A stretch of DNA of 64,000 bases from Cladosporium halotolerans (Eukaryota), in assembly GCF_011745625.1 (NCBI RefSeq), contig NW_027191485.1:1-64000 (forward strand). The letters run 5' to 3'. A program made the position numbers and the translations under genes. The notes under the pieces are model-generated. The model searched no databases, was not told the origin of the DNA, and was given only the letters and a program-made list of their open reading frames with translations. This document shows, one piece after another, positions 58,615 to 64,000 of the stretch (position 1 is its first letter; every line of letters starts with the position of its first letter).

Positions 58615-59487
58615 ATGGGAGTCAGGAGTACTTTGGTCCGCTTAGACAGGGAGAGAGAAGACGACCCGGATGATGAGGAGGAGAACGTTCAGGACGAGGA
58701 AGGCGAGTCAGAGTCAGGTTCCGCAGATCAAGACGAAGAGGGCGATGAAGAAGAGCCACAATCGGGTCCCGCAGACCAAGACGAGGAGAGCGACGAAGAC
58801 GAGCCACAATCGGACTCCATGTCCCCAGAAGACGATCACGATACCCTCCCAGCGCACAGGATCCCACAACAAGCAACTACACCACCAATCGCGCCACGCC
58901 TGATCAGACGATCCATTCTACCCATCCCCTCATACCTCACAGTCGTCCGCTACGCCCCTCCCGACTCCCCCAGCAGCCCTCTCCGCAAGCGCCATCAAGC
59001 CTCCCTCGAAATATCCGCTCCCCCAATGGAGAAGCCCAAATTCCTCCTCAAGGGCAGCGCCATCTCAAACCCCGATTATACCCACAGGCATCCCTCGATC
59101 CAGTACCGCGACATCGAAGTCGACGCCTTCTTCCACGCCCAGTGGACCATGTACGACGCCGCCATGCGCGAAGGCATGGGTGGCGACGGCGACGAAGATG
59201 GGTGGAGAATGTGGCCGCGGAGCAAGAACGAAACGCGCTACGCGTGCGCGTAGTGCACGTACGTCGCGGAGAAATTCCCGGGCGAGACTTGCTCGTGGAA
59301 GCCGCCGAAGGGGAATATCCCTCAGGGCGTCGTTAGCGCGTGTTCGAGGTGTGCGAGGGACGGGGCGTTCTGTATCGTGCCGTCCGATGATGGGCCGACT
59401 GTGCTGCCGTTTCCGGAGGCGCTGTGGGAGGGGACGGAGGAGAGGGATCCGACGAGGTTGGGATATTGGGTTCATAAGTTTGAGTAG
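58615..59487 (+). pseudogene. Acidic-repeat protein with C-terminal Cys6 zinc-finger-like domain, interrupted by in-frame TAG at 59251-59253
   Basis: Frame continues past the TAG for 77 sense codons: YACA*CTYVAEKFPGETC...SACSRCARDGAFCIV...LPFPEALWEG...LGYWVHKFE*. Confidence 0.6.
58714..58813 (+). repeat. Coding tandem repeat, 2 x 48 bp (SG.ADQDEE.DE.EPQ)
   Basis: Units start at 58714 and 58762. Confidence 0.85.
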
Positions 59488-59609
59488 GAGGTGGCTTGGA
59501 GGTTATGGTTTGGGTTGCGAGTGTGGAAGACGTTCCATTTTTTCGTCTGCTTTGGATGTCAATTACATTCAATCATTAGCTCTCTCGGGTCAATTCAAGG
59601 CTGCCTTTC

Positions 59610-60527
59610 TCAGCTTCCTTTCGGGTAGTCGGTCGAGTCGATCATTAATCGGTTCTCCTTCAAGTACTCCAAGGTACTCGTGCACTTTCCCTCAATCGCG
59701 TGCCTCGCATCACTTCCCAGCACCAGCCTCATCGGCACCTCCTTCACCGTCGCCAAAGACAGCACATCGACAATCATTTTCGCACCCTTCACCAAGTCGC
59801 CCGGCTGATTGTTATCAGTCTGCTCCAGCGCCGCTCTCACCTGGCCCACAGCCGAGTCGTCGTAGTCCTTGATCCGAGTCTGCGTCTGCACCCTTGCGCC
59901 GGGGTTCAAAAAGCCCGTGCGGAAGTACCCAGGCTCAATGGCACAGACGGCGACGTTGAAGGACGCCATTTCGGCGCGCAGAGACTCTGCCAGGCCTGAG
60001 ACGGCCCATTTCGTGGCGCAGTAGAGGCCTGCGGCTGGGCCGCCGTGCCAGGAACCTAGGGAGCCGAACAGGGCGATTGTGCCGGAGCGTTGCGTGCGCA
60101 TGTAGGGGAGGAAGGCACGGGTGGCGTTTAAAAGGCCGAGGACATTGGTGTTAAAGAGGTCGAAGGTTTCTTTTGGGCTGCGATTGAGGTTCTTGTTCAG
60201 ATGACGATCCCTGAAGGTGGATAATTAGGGCTAACGAGCTTACCTTGCTTCCTCGATCGCGCCTTCGAGGATGTAGCCTGCTGCGTTGATGAGGACATCG
60301 AACCGGCCGACTTGAGCGTACAGGTTGGCAACGGTTGAGCGGATTTTGTCAAGGTCATGGGTTACGTCTAAGTCGGCCGTGATAGCTCCTTTGCTTTTCA
60401 GCTCCTCAAGCTTGGAGGAGTCGCGCGCTGTGGCAACGACGGTGAAGCCGCGGTTCAGGGCTTCTAGAGCAACGCCTTTGCCGAAACCACTTGAGGCGGC
60501 GGTGATGAACCAAACGGGAGCAGACAT
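59610..60527 (-). CDS. Short-chain dehydrogenase/reductase; intron 60178-60243
   Basis: WFITAASSGFG, DVLINAAG, catalytic YCATK, IEPGYFRT, QPGD..K.A. Confidence 0.92.
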
Positions 60528-60956
60528 TATGGTGGGCGTGAGTGGATGGTACAAAGATATAGTAGCAACAAGTGGCTTTCAGTCCGCGTGTGTTTGAAAA
60601 GGGTGGAAATGAGATAATGGAATCGTAGCAAAAGGTTGTTGTGGATATTTCAGGCTTTTTATGCCGTCTCGCGGCGTCTTCGTAAGCTGTGTTGAGCGGG
60701 GATATCATACGGCGTTGTCAGCAATCCCCGCTTCATTGCGGAGCTGGTCCTTTGAGCCATTGCTTTTTCTCCGAGTTGCAGGTTGGGTACAAGCAGTCGT
60801 GCTTTGGGGATGCGGTCGCTGTGGCTTGCCAAGATCTGCAGTCAGCCTGCTGCCGCAGCGGTTGGTCGCTCACGGTTGGGCGCCTGCCGTCGTAGCGAGG
60901 CTTGGCGATGGACATATCCTGTCTTAAATCCTGAGGTACGAGGTAAAGGTATCGCC

Positions 60957-62339
60957 TCAGCCCTTTCTCTCGCGGAATGCGACTTGTGTCGGGAGGCGGA
61001 AGCTGGCGCAGAACATACGTTTCTTGGGTGCCACATCGCGGACGTCGTGTACCTCAACTCCACCCTCCTCGATTTTACCGGGCTTCATCTCAAAGTCCAG
61101 TTGGTTTGTAATCTCCTGGCAGATTTTCTTGCCTTCCTCCACGTTGTCGTCAGACTTGGTGCTGAAGCAGTAAACGTGCACGAGCGGCATCTTGGTACCC
61201 TCGGGCAGCTCTTTCTGCAGCTCAGGCGGGTAGAGGCCACTGAAGTTGTTCAGGAAGTAGATGGCAGTGGCTGGCAAGTTCATGACGTAGTGGTCAAAGA
61301 CCTTGGGTTCGTACAATGTCTTGAGGATTTCTGGCTTTTGCTTTGCCGGTACCTCTTTACGCGACATCTTCTTCGTGATGTCCACCTTGCGGTTTGACTT
61401 GAGGAGAGCTTCGGCAGACGACGGGATGAAGGTCTTTCCATCTTCGTTGAAAGGAAGTACATAGTCTTGTACTTTGTTTCGCTTAACAGCATCAAGCATG
61501 CAGGCGTAGCTTTCCGGGTTCAAATCGTTGGCCCAGACGAAAATATTCTTTTTTCCAGCAGGCACAGCGAACGGGCCAATTCCAGCCATCACGTCGCACA
61601 CCGCCTCGCCTTCCTTAAACATGGCCACCAAGCGCCGGTGCTCCGTGTTCAGACGAGTATTCCAGTAGACCTTGCTGTAGTCGAACTTGAAAGTGCAGTT
61701 TTCTTCCGACACTGTGACGTTGAGGTCGTCGGGCCCAGCCAAAAGTTCGTACTTGAAGGTGCGGAATTCGCTCTCCTCCCCGACATCGTCAACTTTGTTG
61801 ATGACTGTCTTCACACCAGCATTCTTGTCCAAGAGGATCTCTGCAATGAGGTATTTATACTTCAGGTACTCATCGCGGAGGTTGAGATGAGCGACGTGAC
61901 CGACTTGAGAGAAACCGGACGGAATTTCGCCTTGCTCGTCCTCGGGCAGAATTGCTGAGATGATGTCGTGATATGTCCAGTAGTCGTAGTCCAGAGTCAA
62001 TTCGTAAGGAACGATCGAGATGAGCTCCTGCTTCGCAAGCTCGCTAAGAATAGGAGAGCTCGCCGGCGAGTCACCCTCAATCTGCTTTGAGACCTCCGGT
62101 TGGAGCAGAACACATTTCTTTCCAGACTTCGCCCGGTCAGGGTCAGGATCTGGATACACGCTCCCCAGTCGCTCCTGGTTCAAAGCAATTTTTCCACGCT
62201 CGAGTTCGCCCCTGACCCGAGAGATGGTTTTGTTGTCGAAGATCCGAGCTGCCTTGACCGGAATGACTTTCTTGAAAAAGCTCCGGTCCAGAGTCTTCAT
62301 CGACCTGTTGATCGGGGCGCGGAACATCTCGTCTGCCAT
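60957..62339 (-). CDS. TRM5: tRNA (guanine37-N1)-methyltransferase Trm5
   Basis: LDRSFFKK, GFSQVGHVAHLNLR, FDYSKVYWNTRLNTEH, DVMAGIGPFAVP, NDLNP, VMNLP, VRDVAPKKRMFCASF. Confidence 0.95.
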   Translation of the reverse strand: MADEMFRAPINRSMKTLDRSFFKKVIPVKAARIFDNKTISRVRGELERGKIALNQERLGSVYPDPDPDRAKSGKKCVLLQPEVSKQIEGDSPASSPILSELAKQELISIVPYELTLDYDYWTYHDIISAILPEDEQGEIPSGFSQVGHVAHLNLRDEYLKYKYLIAEILLDKNAGVKTVINKVDDVGEESEFRTFKYELLAGPDDLNVTVSEENCTFKFDYSKVYWNTRLNTEHRRLVAMFKEGEAVCDVMAGIGPFAVPAGKKNIFVWANDLNPESYACMLDAVKRNKVQDYVLPFNEDGKTFIPSSAEALLKSNRKVDITKKMSRKEVPAKQKPEILKTLYEPKVFDHYVMNLPATAIYFLNNFSGLYPPELQKELPEGTKMPLVHVYCFSTKSDDNVEEGKKICQEITNQLDFEMKPGKIEEGGVEVHDVRDVAPKKRMFCASFRLPTQVAFRERKG

Positions 62340-62893
62340 CAGATGCGACGTGAAGTGCGTGTACCGCGAACAGATGGCCGATGCGTGCTTTGAGCTATCT
62401 TGCGGAAATTTGGCGATGTTCCAATGACTCAGGAGCGACACTTGAAATGCGACTCGTCAAAACTTTTGGTCGCTCTGGGATCGCCTCTTAACACGCGAAC
62501 TTGGGCGGTTTCACGAGAATTAAGTCGTACGCAAACAATATCTTGTGTTGATCGTCTAGTCACAGCATAAACCTTGCCAGTGAATTTCACTCCCGGTCAC
62601 CTTAAACATCCTTCACCAATTGGGCAGCCGTATCGGGTTCCTGCCAGGCTCGGCTCGCTAGCTCCGGATTGGCCCACAAGTTCGCGACTCCACGCTCCAC
62701 CACGCGTGAGAGCGAGGGTACCAGGGCATAACATCATACTGGCCTCCCTTTAACACATTTCACTTTCCGACCTCACCCATGCCCTTCCCGCTTCGCCTGG
62801 ATCCTTGAACTCCGCTGGACAACACCGCGCTGCTCGGTCGCGTCAGACTGCTTCCACCTATGAAATCGCGATAACTAAGAGGCCACATTCACC

Positions 62894-64000
62894 ATGTCGC
62901 CGGTCAGCGGAGGAGGAGGAGGAAATATTAAGGTGGTGGTGAGAGTGCGACCGTTCAACTCGCGCGAACATGCTCGGAACGCAAAATGTATCGTGGCTAT
63001 GAAAGGCACGCAGACGACTCTCAAGCCACCACCGCAGGATGGAAAGAACAAGGCGGTCAAGGGCGCCGAGGGGCCCAAGACGTTCGCGTACGACAAAAGT
63101 TACTGGTCCTTCGACAAGAAAGACGATAGCTATGCCGGACAGGAGAATCTCTTTGCGGATCTCGGACAGCCGCTGCTCGACAATGCTTTTCAGGGCTACA
63201 ACAACTGTATCTTCGCCTACGGCCAGACGGGTTCGGGAAAGAGTTACAGCATGATGGGATACGGCGAGGAGGAAGGTGTGATCCCGCGCATTTGCAGAGA
63301 CATGTTCGACCGGATCGACGGCATTCAGACGGACAACTCTATGAAATGCACGGTCGAGGTGTCTTACTTGGAAATCTACAACGAGCGCGTGCGAGACTTG
63401 CTCAACCCCAGCACAAAAGGCAATTTGAAAGTCAGAGAGCATCCTTCGACTGGTCCGTATGTGGAAGATTTGGCGAAGTTGGTTGTCCGGAGTTTCATGG
63501 AGATCGAGCACCTCATGGACGAGGGCAACAAAGCCAGAACGGTCGCAGCGACGAACATGAACGAGACTTCTTCGCGATCGCACGCCGTCTTCACCCTCAC
63601 TCTGACCCAGAAGAGACACGATGCGGAGACAAACATGGATACGGAGAAGGTCGCGAAGATCAGTTTGGTGGATTTGGCTGGTTCTGAACGTGCTACCAGC
63701 ACCGGAGCTACAGGTGCACGGCTGAAGGAAGGTGCGGAGATCAACCGTTCGTTGTCAACACTTGGACGTGTCATTGCGGCTTTGGCAGACGCAAGCACGG
63801 GTAAGGTCAAGGGCAAGGGCTCACAAGTCCCCTACCGAGACTCCATCCTCACCTGGCTGCTGAAGGATAGTTTGGGTGGAAACAGCTTGACAGCCATGAT
63901 TGCAGCTATCTCGCCTGCGGATATCAACTTCGAGGAGACACTCTCGACATTGCGTTATGCCGATAGCGCGAAGCGCATCAAGAACAACGCAGTTGTCAAC
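62894..64000 (+). CDS. Kinesin-3 (Unc104/KIF1 family) motor, 5' part; runs off the window
   Basis: [102 protein letters not shown]. Confidence 0.95.
   Translation, partial: MSPVSGGGGGNIKVVVRVRPFNSREHARNAKCIVAMKGTQTTLKPPPQDGKNKAVKGAEGPKTFAYDKSYWSFDKKDDSYAGQENLFADLGQPLLDNAFQGYNNCIFAYGQTGSGKSYSMMGYGEEEGVIPRICRDMFDRIDGIQTDNSMKCTVEVSYLEIYNERVRDLLNPSTKGNLKVREHPSTGPYVEDLAKLVVRSFMEIEHLMDEGNKARTVAATNMNETSSRSHAVFTLTLTQKRHDAETNMDTEKVAKISLVDLAGSERATSTGATGARLKEGAEINRSLSTLGRVIAALADASTGKVKGKGSQVPYRDSILTWLLKDSLGGNSLTAMIAAISPADINFEETLSTLRYADSAKRIKNNAVVN

Noticed and set aside
7691..60243. Introner-like elements among the introns
   Set aside because: The introns are short (~48-67 nt) and show no evident mutual sequence similarity by eye.

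Overview
64-kb gene-dense window from a filamentous ascomycete, probably a Dothideomycete (inferred from GC-rich codon usage, short GT-AG introns with CTAAC/CTGAC branch points and the protein sequences). About 27 protein-coding genes were identified. Core genes: subtilisin protease (split by a 10-N assembly gap), UBE2Z-like E2, TRS23, PEX6, lipase, CYP53 benzoate 4-monooxygenase, eIF3d, RPT1, CCT4, TRM5 and the 5' part of a kinesin-3. Accessory content is interleaved. The 20-32 kb block holds a J-domain/HET fusion, a CorA-like 2-TM protein and an 869-aa degenerate PfkB-like + P-loop NTPase + tandem RyR-domain protein; this is the best candidate for an undescribed (immune/signalling) system. 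The 36.6-39.5 kb block holds an orphan gene, a decayed ~107-130-bp repeat array and a Ty1/copia RT relic. Next come two tandem GPI-anchored Ser/Thr-rich paralogues (one Met-rich) and a 44-52 kb metabolic block (EthD-like x2/alpha-beta hydrolase fusion, bacterial-type catabolic acetolactate synthase, DHA1 MFS, methyltransferase). A Cys6 zinc-finger-like gene near 59 kb is interrupted by one in-frame TAG. No rRNA, tRNA or CRISPR was recognised. All calls come from reading motifs by eye; no database searches were run.
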